DNA of 64,000 bases from Camelus dromedarius (lineage: Eukaryota), in contig NC_087437.1 in NCBI RefSeq assembly GCF_036321535.1, positions 110,982,001 through 111,046,000 of the forward strand, read 5' to 3'. The notes under the pieces were generated by a model. That model was not told where the DNA came from. It worked only from the letters and a program-made list of their open reading frames with translations, and did not search any database. Made by a program: the position numbers and the translations under genes. Shown in pieces: positions 24,514 through 36,118 of the stretch. How positions within the stretch are numbered: position 1 is the stretch's first letter; each line of letters begins with the position of its first letter.

Positions 24514-24845
24514 TGCTATAGACCGAATGTTTGTGTCCCTCTCCACATTCATATGCTGACATCCTAGTCCCATTGGGATGGTATTGGAAGGTGATTGGGT
24601 TATGAGGGTGGAGCCTTCATGAGTAGGATTAGAGCCCTTATATAAGAGAACTCAGAGAGCTCCCATAGCCCTCCTGCCATGAGCCGTTTTAGGAAGCTGT
24701 CTATGAACCAAGCAGTGGTTCTGAATCTTCTGGTGCCTTGATCTTGGACTTCCCAGCTTCCAGAATTTTGAGAAATAAATTTCTGTTGTTTATAATCCAC
24801 CCAGTCAGTGCTATTTTGTTATAGCAGCCATAAAGGACTAAGATA
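24514..24845 (+). mobile_element. MaLR solo LTR (MLT1A/MST-like)
   Basis: TGCTATAGACCGAATGTTTGTGTCCC...GATCTTGGACTTCCCAGC...AATAAATTTCTGTTG...TTATAGCAGCC...GACTAAGATA. Confidence 0.85.
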
Positions 24846-25279
24846 GACCCAACAGACAAGGACCAAAGTGCTGAATAAAGAAGTAGCTGTATTTGAAGCA
24901 TTTATAGATGAAATGACATGATGTTTTGGAACCAGCAGGGGGAGAAAGGGGAGGGGCAGGGTATGAGAGTCTAATGAAACAAGATTGTTTACGAGCTGAT
25001 CATGATTGAAACAGGGTGATGGGTATGTGTGACTTATTATCATGTCCTCCCTGTTTTTTTTTAATTTTTTCATAGTAAAATTGTATAAAAATAATTAAAT
25101 AATAATGAAAAAATAAATAGCAGTATTAATCCTCTACCAGAAGAAAGAATGACAAGTTTAGAAAGAAACATTCAGGACTGAGAAGGGATGGAACAGCAAA
25201 ATGCTGTTTTCAGTGTAAACTTCGTTGCCAACAAAATACATGGTTTTTAAAATTGTTAAAGAGTGGTGAGGCATTTTTC

Positions 25280-25712
25280 AAGACTAGAAGAACACGAGAT
25301 GAAAAATACAGAAATCAGAATTTGCCTCACTATAACAAAGCACTTTCTGACAATGAAAATTGTCTCAAATTAAATGGACTGGCTCATAGGATGATTTAAG
25401 AAAGGCAAGATGGTCACAGGTCAGTGATGGTGTCAAAGGGGGTCCCGTGCTGGAGGGGACTTAGGGCAGATGATTTCTAAGTAGGGTGGCCAGGTTTAGC
25501 AAATAAAAACAGAGGACACCAGTTACATCTGAATTTCAGATGAACAATAAATTAGTTTTTAATGTGAGCATATCCTGTGATGAGGACCTTATACACTGGG
25601 ACATAATTATACTAAAAAATTTATTTGTCATTTATCTGAAATTCTGATTTCACTGATTGGCTTGCATTTTATGTGGCAGCCCTATTTCTAAGACCCCTAA
25701 CTAATCTGATAT
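25280..25712 (+). mobile_element. CR1/L3 (or MIR3-like) 3' end
   Basis: CTCACTATAACAAAGCACTTTCTGACAAT...AAATGGACTGGCT...GGGCAGATGATTTCTAAG|ACCCCT, split by MER53. Confidence 0.55.
25482..25684. mobile_element. MER53-like palindromic hAT MITE
   Basis: TIRs TAGGGTGGCCAG...TGGCAGCCCTA, an internal inverted repeat, and a perfect 8-bp TSD TTTCTAAG at 25474-25481 and 25685-25692. Confidence 0.9.
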
Positions 25713-25778
25713 GTTATTTTTATATAAGAGGGGGAGGTTTTATCCATGTTCAAAAGTGTAAATTCAAAAGAAATTTTA

Positions 25779-25932
25779 TTTTATTTTTTATTGGGGGGGA
25801 GGTCATTAAGTCTATTTTTTATTAGTTTTTTTTTTTTTTAAATGGAGTACAGAGTACAGGGGATTGAGTCCAGGACCTCGTGCATGGTAAGCGTGCGCTG
25901 TACCACTCGAGCTATACCTTCCTCCCCAACCC
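25779..25932 (-). mobile_element. Vic-1-type SINE
   Basis: 14-bp TSD CAAAAGAAATTTTA at 25765-25778 and 25933-25946. Confidence 0.92.
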
Positions 25933-27925
25933 CAAAAGAAATTTTAGCATTCTCCTTTTGCTTAAACAAACTGATAGAGTGAGCGATTAAGGTGAAGGAC
26001 CAGGCAGCTTGTAGCATATTTTCTGTGCTCTGGCCCCAAAACGCAAAGAGCTGTTGAGATTGGGCATTCAGATGTTCATTGCTGAGTATAATCTACACTG
26101 AGTCGTAGCATTTGTTTAGTTATTCTTACTCTTTTTTTTTTCTGTTTAATACAAAGGTGTGCAGAGTTGATACAGAAAACTTGGAATTCACAGGAGCTTC
26201 ACTATGGGCAGGGGTTGTGCTAGGAAGCCTGGGAACAGAACACATTCCGCCTGGCCACCCTCAGGAATGGAGTGAATCATGTTCAAGTCATGTGTCTCAG
26301 GAGCCCTGATTCAGCCAGAGTGCGTCAGAGAGGACTCCCTGGAGGAGGCAACATCAAAGCTTTCTCTGTACTAGGGTTTCCCTAATCAGGAGGGGGAGAG
26401 GGGATTCCACAAAGAGGAAAGAGCTGGAGGAAAGACATAGAGTGGGTGGTACTGAGACCTTGAGGAGATGTTAAAATTAGAGCACAGGATGAGGAGGTGG
26501 AGAAGTGGGGCACAAGTTTGGAGATGGTGAAGGATCTTACCGATGTTCAAAGAGATGTGGGGTTAATCATGGAGGCACAGGGTTGGTGTCTGTAAGGAGG
26601 GACAGGAAGATGATGCTAACTGCCAGTTCATTTTCTTTTCCACTGTTTCCCCAGGGGTGGTCATTTACTCCCCAAAACACAAACATGGAGAATGGGAGCT
26701 GGAAGAAGCCCGCAAAATACAAATCAACCAGTCAAATCACCCTTCATGATGAGAAAATGGCCTCAGAGAGAAGTCCCAAGGCTAGTCAATGACGGAGCCG
26801 GGATCAGAACCAGATCTCTTGACACCTTTCCCAAATTGCCTCCTCAAATAGGGGTGCAGGCTGTACAAATGGGGGTGGGGCACATTCCTCATTATATTCC
26901 GAGAAGATACACAGTCCATGGGGCACTAACCTCTATAAAATGCAGTGGAAATGGGACCTCTTGGAGGGAGGTAGTGGCCCTGTACTCAAACGCAGTGTTC
27001 AAACCTTCCCCTGGGCATAATCATAAGCGCACGGTTTTGAGAGATTGACCCAGGTGGGTGACTTTGGCTGTGACAGAAAACATTGTCTATCCATATGCAA
27101 ACAGGTGACTCATGGGGCCAGTATCCTGGCCTCACTAACTTTGCTCTCAGGACTTCATCCCACTAATGAAAGCTTTGAGAAGGAGTCACAAGCCTCTCAG
27201 CGGGCGCGTGGCCAACAGGCCATCAAGTTGGCCAAAGCATTGTCCCCCTGCGGCCCTGCTGCCACTTTGCACGCTGTGGCCAACTGTTCCTTTCCACTTC
27301 TCAATTCAGCCTGGTGGAAACTGAACACAGCAGTCAGCTCCAGGAGCCTCACTGTTGCCATGGGTTACATGAATTCAAAACTAAGGATGGAACCAAGACA
27401 GGCCCTTAAATCTCAGCCCTCGAGTGGGATGCTAAAAGAAGTGCTCCAGCACCTTAAAGGAAATCAGCTGATGTCATGGCAAGGGACGGGGCTGCGGCAG
27501 CAGCGAGCTGGACGGTCACTGCCTAGAGCTTTGATTTGTCAGCAGCAGCTAAAAATATCCTCTCTGCGTGGCGCTTGCAAGTCACTCAGACAAATACTCA
27601 GGGACATGAGAATAAAGGTCTGAAATATGAGACTTGTGCCATCCAGTCCGGTCGCTGGCCACACGTGGTCACAAGTAGTTGGAAAGGGGTTCTGAACGAG
27701 GATGTGCTGCAAGGAAAACAGCTATACCGGGTGGGGAGGGGTGTAAACATTGATACCTCACCTCATGTATCAAAATTAATTCCTGAAAGATGAAGCTTCT
27801 TCAAACAGAGAAAACCTAGGTGACCTCTGGATGACTCCCGAGGGTCTAAGAATATGAACAACAGAAGGAATTGTAAGGAAATGAGAGATTTGATGACACA
27901 AAAAGTTTTTTAAGCTTTAGCTTTT

Positions 27926-28447
27926 TTTTTTTAAACAAATATTAATTTTAAAAAGGAAAAGAAATTATCTTCATGCTTGGTACTCTGCTAGGTACTTTTA
28001 CAAACATTCTTTTTTGGGGGAAAAAATCTCCTTTTTTCTCTCTTTTTAAACTTTTTAATTCTTTTTTTTTTTTTTTTTAACCAGAGGTACTGGGGATTGA
28101 ACCCAGGACCTTGTGCATGCTAAGCATGCACTCTACCATTGAGCTATACCCTCCCCTAGAAAAATGAATTTTTATTTAGATGTAATTGACATATAATATT
28201 GTGCAGATTTAAGGTGTACAAAGTGTTGATTTGATACATTCATATACTGCAATATTATTACCACCCTAGTGTTAGCTAACACTTCTATCACGTCACATAA
28301 TTACTTCTTTTTTACAGTGAGAACAATTAAGATCTACTCTCTTAGCAACTTTGAAGCTTACATGTAATACAGTATTGCTGGCTCTGATCCCTATGCTGTG
28401 GGTTAGATCTTCAGGGCTGATTTATCTACTAGTTGCAGGTTTGTAAA
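27926..28447 (-). mobile_element. L1MA-like 3' fragment with extra 3' sequence
   Basis: TTTAAGGTGTACAAAGTGTTGATTTGATACAT...AAGATCTACTCTCTTAGCAACTTT (28165-28447). TSD AAGCTTTAGCTTTT at 27912-27925 and 28448-28461. Confidence 0.8.
28030..28157 (-). mobile_element. Vic-1-type SINE
   Basis: GAGGTACTGGGGATTGAACCCAGGACC...GAGCTATACCCTCCCC with a T-rich tail. Confidence 0.9.
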
Positions 28448-29469
28448 AAGCTTTAGCTTTTAAAAAATCATAGACACAAATAAAATTTAGAACCACATAA
28501 AATGGGAAAGTACACAAAAAAACTGATAATATTCTAATACCCTAATAATAGAAGGAGCAATTCCCAGAAGAAATACAATGGCTAATAAACACTAAAGTGT
28601 TCATTCTCACTAGTAATCAAAGGGAAGCAAATTAAAACCATAATGAAAAGTTTTAAAAATTGAATTACATTAAGGCAAATCAAAAAACTTGCTTATTACA
28701 ATTCAAGTCAACAAAGTTCTATTTTTTGATGATAATCATTTGTGGCTGATGCAAATGTAAACAGGGAAAAACTTTCTGGAAAGCAGCTTGCAAAATACAC
28801 TGAGTCTAAAAGATTCTAAAAATGTTCTACTCTTTGACCTGGGAATTCAACTTCTGTGGAAATTAGCAGGCCAATTTATGTGCAAGGATGTCCATATGTT
28901 CACTATCCATAAGGACAAAATTACTGAAGCAGCCTAAAATTTGCAAATACGCTATGGTACAATCATAAAAAAAAAGAAAAAAAGATGTACCGTAAGCATA
29001 AAATGCACACTGGATTTCAAAGACTGTGTATGAATAAAGAATATAAACTATCCCAGTAGTATTTTTAGATTGATTTCATACAGCAGTCAATATATTGGGT
29101 TAAATATTGGATTGCATAAAATATATTATCACATCTTGGGTTAAATAAATGGGGTTTAATAAAATATACTAAAATTAATTTCACCAGTCTCTTTTTACTT
29201 TTTAAATGCAGCTACCAGAGAAGTTAAAATTACACGAGTGGCTTCATTTGCAGTCACATGTGTGGATTGCAGCGTATTTCTATTGGATAGCACTGCTTTA
29301 GGGCAGTGAGTAAGTCCTTCTGGAGACTTGTCCTAACCCCACCTCCATCCCAATTTTCCCCTCCTCCTCCAATATCTCCCTTTCTCTTTCTTTTTCTGCA
29401 TTTTACACTCTTTCAACAAGGGACTACATTTTACACTTTTTCAACAAGCTTACTTCTACTATTAGATGA

Positions 29470-29680
29470 GAAGAATAGTAGCCAACATTTTTTAAGAGGC
29501 TCACTAAGTGCCAAGCACTTTACCGTCTTATGTCATATAATGTCATATAATATAGGTAGGAATCATTATTGGCACAGAAAGGTTAAGCTACATGCCCAAG
29601 GTCACACAGCCAGTAAACAGAGAAAGTAGGATTCAAAACCCAGGATGCCTATCTTCCAAGCCCTTCTGCTCTACGCTGCG
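29470..29680 (-). mobile_element. MIR SINE
   Basis: GGCACAGAAAGGTTAAG...GCCCAAGGTCACACAGCCAGTAA...GGATTCAAAACCCAGG. Confidence 0.75.
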
Positions 29681-29815
29681 TAAGAGAAACAGGAAACTGG
29701 AAATCTGAATGGAAAGCTCTTTGGAACAGTGAGTGGCGTTTTCCCATCTGCACTGCCAGCTAGCCCTGGGGAGGATGTCATCGAAGCTTGAAAGCTTCTA
29801 AAATGCATTAATCAG

Positions 29816-30160
29816 TGCTATGGACTGCATTATGTCTACCTAGAATTTATATTTGAAGCCCTAACCCCCAGTGTGGCAGTATTTGGAGGCAGGGCCTTTG
29901 GGGGTTGATTAGATTTAGATGAAAGGGTGGGGCCCCATGAGGGGATTCGTGTCCTTCTAAGAAGAGATAGTGGAGAGTGTGCCCTCTCTGCCCCCGTGTG
30001 AGCACACAGCTGGACGGCAGCTGTCTGCAGGCCAGGAAGAGGGCCTCACCAAGAATTCGAACAGGCTCCCAGCCTCCAGAACTGTGGGGAAATCAGTTTC
30101 TGTGCCTTAAGCCTCTCTGAGTATGGTACTTTGCTATGGTGGCCCTAGAAGACTGAGACA
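29816..30160 (+). mobile_element. MaLR solo LTR (MLT1A/B-like)
   Basis: TGCTATGGACTG...GAAGCCCTAACCCCCAGTGTGG...CAGCCTCCAGAACTGTG...GACTGAGACA. Confidence 0.85.
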
Positions 30161-30601
30161 ACTGGACCCCCGAGTTGAGTCACCGCACCTGAGGCAGCAC
30201 ATCTTGAGCACTCTTCCCATGTTAGGCGCCTACCGAAGAGGCTTTAGCCTTGGAGGATGTGAACGAGCTGGGAGGAATCAATAAACGAGGATGCAGAGAT
30301 TTCAGGTGGAAGGGGATGAGGGAGTGGCCCAGCGGGGAGGGGACAGGAATGCTGGGCTGAAAACCAGTAACCAGAAGGAGGTTGGAGATCCTCAGGTTTT
30401 AAAGAGGAACATATGCAAAATGGATGAACAATAAAACAACCAATATAGGGATGGTTGCAAGCTGGATTTATAGAAAGAACATTTATTTACCTGTTGACAT
30501 GGTGGGTCCACCACGTCCAAGTGTCTGAAGCTGTGGACTCAAGCCATAGTACCCCCACTAGGGGCAAAGCTGGCTGCTTGTTGATTATTAGGAAAAATAT
30601 T

Positions 30602-30744
30602 GGCAGGGGAGGGTATAGCTCAGTGGTAGAGCACTTGCCTACCATGCATGAGGTCCTGGGTTCAACCCCTTATACTTCCATTTAAAAAATAAACAAATAA
30701 ATAAAACCTAATTACCTCCCCCTCCAAGTAAATAAATAAAAAGA
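30602..30744 (+). mobile_element. Vic-1-type SINE
   Basis: GAGGGTATAGCTCAGTGGTAGAG. TSD AAAAATATT at 30593-30601 and 30745-30753. Confidence 0.92.
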
Positions 30745-31247
30745 AAAAATATTTAAGTACCCCACGTGGCAAAGGACTCACTTTTTATATGTTTTATGGT
30801 GGATTGCAAAGCTATCCCAATGATGCGTCCCCTCTCCCCACTGGCGTCATGTGCTTTAGAGAGTGAAGGACAAAGTGTGGGATTCACATTAGCTCCCGTG
30901 GTACTTCCCTGGAGGTCCCTCATCTGGGCCACAGCCTGCGATCTGGGGCCCCAAAGGGAGTGTGCTGTGCATGGAACACATCTGCCCTCTGTTTCTTGGC
31001 AGAAATAAAATTTGAGAATAAATGGTTTAAAGGAAAATAAAAGCAGATGGAGGAGTATCAAGGTGTCACGTCAGATGATGGTTAGCTGGCAGCTAGAGGA
31101 GAGAGGAAGATGGAGTGTAAGGGGAACCCAAGAGCTTTAGGGGTTTTGTTATCACGGTGCCATAATGTGGGGAGAGGGCCCTGAGCCCAGGGAGACTGGG
31201 TTCAGATCTCAGAGCTGAAACTTAGGAGCTTAGGGTCCAGGGGAGTC

Positions 31248-31911
31248 TGTGTGCAGCTTTTTCCACATCAACAACCAATTCATTGGCATCAGCTGGGTGT
31301 CCAACAATTCAATTCATGCTGAGATTGTCTCCTTGGAGCTAAAGGGCTGACACTATTCACCCTCAAGTTAAAATGTTCAGTCCCTAAAACTGCCCCCACT
31401 TCAGATCCAGCTGCTAATGGGAAGCCCAGGCTACCCCCTCTTTTGTGTGGATGACACCCCTCAAGTTTGGTAATTTGCTAGGTTGACTCAGAGAACTCAA
31501 GAAAACACTTTGCTTACGTTTACTGGTTTATTCTAAAGGAGACAAGTGAACAGCTAGATGAAGAGGAACACAGGGAGAATCCAGAAGGGCCCAAGTGCAG
31601 GAGCCTCTGTCCCCGCGGAGCTGGAGTGTGCCCCCCCCGCCTGGCACAGGGGTGCATTTGGCAACCTGGAAACTGAGTCTTTGATAGAGCTCTTCTCTCT
31701 CTGGACAGGGGCAGCTAAAGGTTTCACCCCTCTAATGGTGCGACTGGTCTTTCTGGTGACCAGCCCCTATCCCAAAGCTACCTAGGGGCCACCGGAAGTC
31801 ACCCAATTAGCATAACAATGACACTCCTGTCACTCAGGAAATTCCAAGGGTTTCTGAAGTTCTGTGCCAGGAATGGGGACAAAGACTATTCAGAGTTCTT
31901 CTTATACAACA
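31248..31911 (-). mobile_element. MER21-like ERV solo LTR
   Basis: CAGCTGGGTGTCCAACAATTCAATTC...ACTTTGCTTACGTTTACTGGTTTATT...CAGGAAATTCCAAGGGTTT...GGAATGGGGACAAAGAC. Confidence 0.75.
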
Positions 31912-31929
31912 ACTGGGAAGACTCGAAGT

Positions 31930-32390
31930 ACCAGGAAGATTCGATGGCAGGGGCCAGAATCATCTGGAGACCCACCACTCTCGTGCCCAGTGGCTGATGC
32001 TGTCGAGGGACCTCGGCTGGGTTGTCAACAGGACACCCCTGTGAGACCTCCTCATGCAGCCTGGCGAGTTCCACCGGCGAGCGTCCCAAGAGAGTGAGCT
32101 AGGTGGAAACTGTATTGCCTTTTTTCTCTTTTTCTTCTAAATTTTTAAGAGGCAATGCTGGGGATTAAACCTAGGACCTCGCGCGTGCTGAGCTTGCGCT
32201 CTACCACCTGAGCTATACCTTCCCCGCTTCACTGCCTTTTATAGACACGGAAGTCACATCATATCCCTTCTGCCCTTGCCAAGATTCAAGTTCACCTCTT
32301 GATGAGAAGAGGGTTAAACTCTCATTGTAAGAAGAGTGTGTGGACTGGGAGAAATTATTGAGGTCATCTTTGGAAAATTCTTCTGCCACA
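31930..32390 (-). mobile_element. MaLR LTR (MLT1F-H-like) with nested Vic-1
   Basis: GAGCGTCCCAAGAGAG...GGAAGTCACA...CACCTCTTGATGAGA...CATCTTTGGAAAATTCTTCTGCCACA. Confidence 0.6.
32125..32231 (-). mobile_element. Vic-1-type SINE
   Basis: GGGATTAAACCTAGGACCTC...GAGCTATACCTTCCCC, flanked by TGCCTTTTT on both sides. Confidence 0.85.
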
Positions 32391-32438
32391 ACACTTACTC
32401 AAATAGAAGGTGACCCAGACTCAGAGGTTCAAGAACTC

Positions 32439-33116
32439 CGTGGTGTACTTAGACATACATTTGGTCTTTGTCCCCAGCTCTTGGCCCAGAGTTCCTAAAT
32501 CCCTAGAGTGGCTGATCACCAGAAAGACTGAGTGTTTAGAGGGTTGGAACTTTCAGGCCCACCCACCATCCTCCAGGGAGTGAGGGGGCCGGAGACTGAG
32601 CTCAGTTGCAGGGCCCATGACGTCATCAACCACGCCTACATAAAGAAACCCGGATCAAACTCTGGACATTGAGGCCGGGGAAAGCATCCGGGGTGGTGAA
32701 CATATCCATCTAATGTTAGGGTGGTGCACCCCGACTCCATGTGGACAGACGTTCCTTGTGCTCAGGACCCTCCCGGACCTTGCCCTGGGTGCCTCTTCTT
32801 TTGGCTGTTTATCTGTATCTTTTATACTAAAGTGGTCATTGTAAATACAGCACTTTCCTGAGTCCCATGAATCATTCTCATTAATTATCAAACTTGTAGG
32901 GGTTGTGGGAAGCATCAAATTTGTAGCTGGCTGAACATACATGCAGGTGGCTTAGAGACAACTAAAACTTGGCATTGGTGCCTGATGAAGTGGGGACAGT
33001 CTGGTAAAGGACTTGGCTCTTAACTTGTGGTGTCTGTGCTCACCCTAGGTAGTTAGTGCCAGAACTGAATTGTAGTTTAGGACATCAGTGAGTATCAGAG
33101 AGTCGGTGTTGGAACA
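32439..33116 (+). mobile_element. MER21-like ERV solo LTR
   Basis: TTGGTCTTTGTCCCCAGCTCTTGGCCCAGAG...GGGTTGGAACTTTCAGG...GGTAGTTAGTGCCAGAACTGAATTG...GGAACA. Confidence 0.75.
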
Positions 33117-34057
33117 CATCGGCCGAGGCTCCAGACATCACAGAACAGAGACAAGCAGTCCCCGGGGTGCTTTTTCCAAATCCTGACCCAGAGAATCTGC
33201 GAGCATAATAAAGTAGCTGTGGCTTTATGTCACTTACCTTGGGTTGGTTTATTTCACAGTCATAGATAAAGGACCTGTGTTGTCCACCTTGAGAGTCGAG
33301 AGGACCTCAACATATGGAAATCACCTAATTTGAAGCCTGACATACAACAAATGTCAGAGGTGGTAACTCTTATCATCATTATTTAAAAAGTGAGAGGACT
33401 GTAGCCAACCAGCTGCATTTTGCCCCATCAATCTTTACCCCTCTGCCTTGCCCCCCACACTACCAGGATATCTCAGCATCTCCGCGTGAAGCAGAGATCT
33501 TCCTCCACAAGCTCCAACCACTTTCCTCCATCTGGAGTTGATGAAATCAGCACCCTTTTGCAAGGTAAGCCCTTTTGCCTGCCTCTTTTAACTTTTGCCT
33601 TTGGGAAGCCAAGCTCCACCTTGATTTAGGGTTGACCCTAAAATTCCTCTGCAAGCTCTCTGTCTACCCAGGCCCACCAGAGTCCTGCAAAGTGAGGGGG
33701 AAGGGGCGGGGTAGATGAGGAATCCTCTGGGCCTTTGTTGGGGCTGTAAATGGCTTACTCGTTAACTCCCTCTCCCCCTAGTTGGCTGCAGCCAGTGGAA
33801 TCCTGCCACCAAAACACAGCATTCCTCTGTGTTCCAACTTGCCAGGGATGCAGAACAAAGGTTCTCCGCCCTCTCTTTGGGGCTGTTAGGTAAACCAGGC
33901 CCCACCTACTCCCTCCTGTGGGTCTCCTGCCAAGCGGCTCTCCCTCCCTCTGCTGCTTTTTCTCTTTAAACTGAATTGTGAAACGGATGCAGTAACAAAG
34001 ACCTGGAGTCCCAGATCAAACAAACCAAAGCAAAGTTCATAACCATGGAAATGAATT

Positions 34058-34094
34058 ATTGCATCAGATGATCATTGCATCAGATGATCATTGC
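34058..34094. promoter_or_regulatory. Tandem C/EBP-ATF4 composite (CARE/AARE) motifs from a 16-bp duplication
   Basis: (ATTGCATCAGATGATC)2.3. Each full unit contains ATTGCATCA, the reverse complement of TGATGCAAT. Confidence 0.55.
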
Positions 34095-34349
34095 CTGCAG
34101 GTGAACAAAAGCCAGCTTCCTCTGACGTTGCTGCTGACGGCCTTGGTCATGGGAAAGTCATCCAGTGACCATTCTGGCTAGACAGGGATGTTAGGGCTGG
34201 ACTTGGCAAAGGAAAAGCCAGGCACTGCCCCACGTGCCGTGGTCCACACTGGGAGGCTGAGAGGCGAACGCATTTCTAGACCTGGGTCTCATGTTGCCAC
34301 ACAGCTCAAGTCAGTACACTTTCATGTGTGCCCCTCAGAGGGTAGCACC

Positions 34350-34560
34350 TATTCGGTACTTGCCACGAGCCAGGCCCAGTGCTGAACGTTCTATCTGCAC
34401 TAAGGGATTTTTCCCTCGAAACAGCAACATAGGGTGAATACCCTGAGGGTTCCCATTCTACAGATGAGCAAATAGAGGCTTAGGGGATTAATCCAGGGCC
34501 ACAGAGCCAAAACAAGACCAAGCTGGGATCTGAAGCCAGTCTGCCCAACATGAAAGTCTA
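34350..34560 (-). mobile_element. MIR SINE
   Basis: CCCATTCTACAGATGAGCAAATAGAGGCTTAG antisense MIR core. Confidence 0.65.
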
Positions 34561-34889
34561 ACCTCCCAGCTGCTGGCCTGCAGCACAGCCTCTCCTATAA
34601 ACGGCAGGCACTGGCCCTGCTGCTGGGGGCACACAGGAAATAAAGCCCCTAAACTCCCTGGGCTTTTACTGAGACCCTATTCTATAGGATGCGCCGTGTC
34701 AGGCGCTATGGGGAACAAGCAATAACTAAGATACAAGAAGAAGAAATCCCAGCTCTGCCATCACAGGGCGCTCAGGCAGGTGCCAACTAAAGCCACTCAG
34801 GACGTCCCCGGAGCAGGAAAGAACACGCCAGGGGGCCGCCGAGGGCTGAGCCGTGCCCCACAAGAGGCTGTACCAAATCCTGACACGCA

Positions 34890-35545
34890 AGGACGGAAGA
34901 TGATGTGGAGAGACAGATGGAGAAGACGGCCACCTACAAGCCAAGGAAGGGGCACAGGACATCTCCCTCATAGCCCTCGAGGGGAACCAACCCTGCCAGC
35001 GTCTCGACCTTGGATTTCTAGCCTCCAGAGCTGTGAGACAATCAATTTCTGCTGTTGAAGCCACACAATAGATGGTGCTCTGTTAGGGAGACGCTAGCAA
35101 ATCAGCGTAGATTTTGGCACGGATGCTGAATGTGAACTTTTTGGAAATACAGTCATTGCATATGTAATTACTATGTAACCTAAGATGAGGTCACACTAGA
35201 GTAGGGCTGATCTTTAAAACAATATGACTAATGTCTTTGTGAGAAGACGGAAGAGAGAAAGAGACAGAAACACACAGAAGGAAGACAGCATGTGACGGTG
35301 GAGAGAGATTGGAATTATGCAGCTAAACGCCAAGAAATGCTAAGGCTTTCTGGAAACCACCATAAGTGATGAGAGAGACATGGGACAGGTTCTCCCTTGA
35401 GCCCCAAGAAGGAACCAACTCTGCCAAGCGACACCTTGATTCTGGACTTCTGGCCTCCAGAACTGGGAAAGAACCAGTGCTGGTTGTTTTAATCCTCCCA
35501 GTTTGTGGTACTTTGCTATGGCAGCCCACGTCACCATGGCTCCTG
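34890..35545 (+). mobile_element. MaLR LTR pieces (MLT1C/D-like), two adjacent
   Basis: AAGCCAAGGAAGGG...GGAACCAACCCTGCC...CCTCCAGAGCTGTGAGACAAT, and a second AAGATGAGGTCACACTAGAGTAGGG...TTGCTATGGCAGCCC. Confidence 0.75.
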
Positions 35546-35889
35546 GTTTTGTGAGAAGAAAGTAAACTTTCCTTAACCTTGTGATCCGCATCCTTCCTGT
35601 GTCCTTTGAGCTCCTCCTAACCTCTCACCCAAGCTTTGGTTCTTCCAGCTCTGCTTTGAAAAGCTCCTCACACTTGTCTGCTGAGGGCGTCTAGGGCTGC
35701 CTCTCCTCCAGGTCATCCCCACGTACCTCTGCCTCCCCAAGCCCCTGAAATACACATTCAGCCCCTGCTCTCTTGTTGGTTCTCCCTGTATCCCTGTGGA
35801 TTAATTGTACGCAGCAAAAGGATTGACTCTGCCCAAGGGAGGGATGTAGAGCGAGTGGAACCCAGAGACGTGGGGCAAGACCAGACATT

Positions 35890-36050
35890 AAACAGGGAGA
35901 AAGTCTTACATGACCTGCTAAGGAGTTTCCGTCTCATAACAGTGGGGATGGGAAGCCACTGAAGGCTTTGAAGCAGGAGCGGTCTTTTGTTTCCACACAT
36001 TTATTGAGTGCCTGCTGTATGCGAGGTACTGTGTTAGATGCAGGAGAAAT
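35890..36050 (-). mobile_element. L2 fragments
   Basis: GGGAAGCCACTGAAGGCTTTGAAGCAGG and CATTTATTGAGTGCCTGCTGTATGC. Confidence 0.55.
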
Positions 36051-36118
36051 GTATCAGGTAGGAATACTTTCATTCAAGTGGCAGGTCACCTGACTGACAG
36101 TGACTTAAACCACAAGTA

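Larger units (their letters stand above)
27630..29296. mobile_element. MER33/MER3-like Charlie MITE split by L1 insertions
   Basis: Left part GCTGGCCACACGTGGTCAC...GAGGATGTGCTG (27630-27720). Right part AAAATGCACACTGGATTTCAAAGACT...TATTGGATAGCACTG (28985-29296). Old L1 sequence lies between. Confidence 0.65.

Noticed and set aside
27045..27623. 192-aa ORF
   Set aside because: Non-ATG start, no recognisable protein similarity and no supporting splice context.
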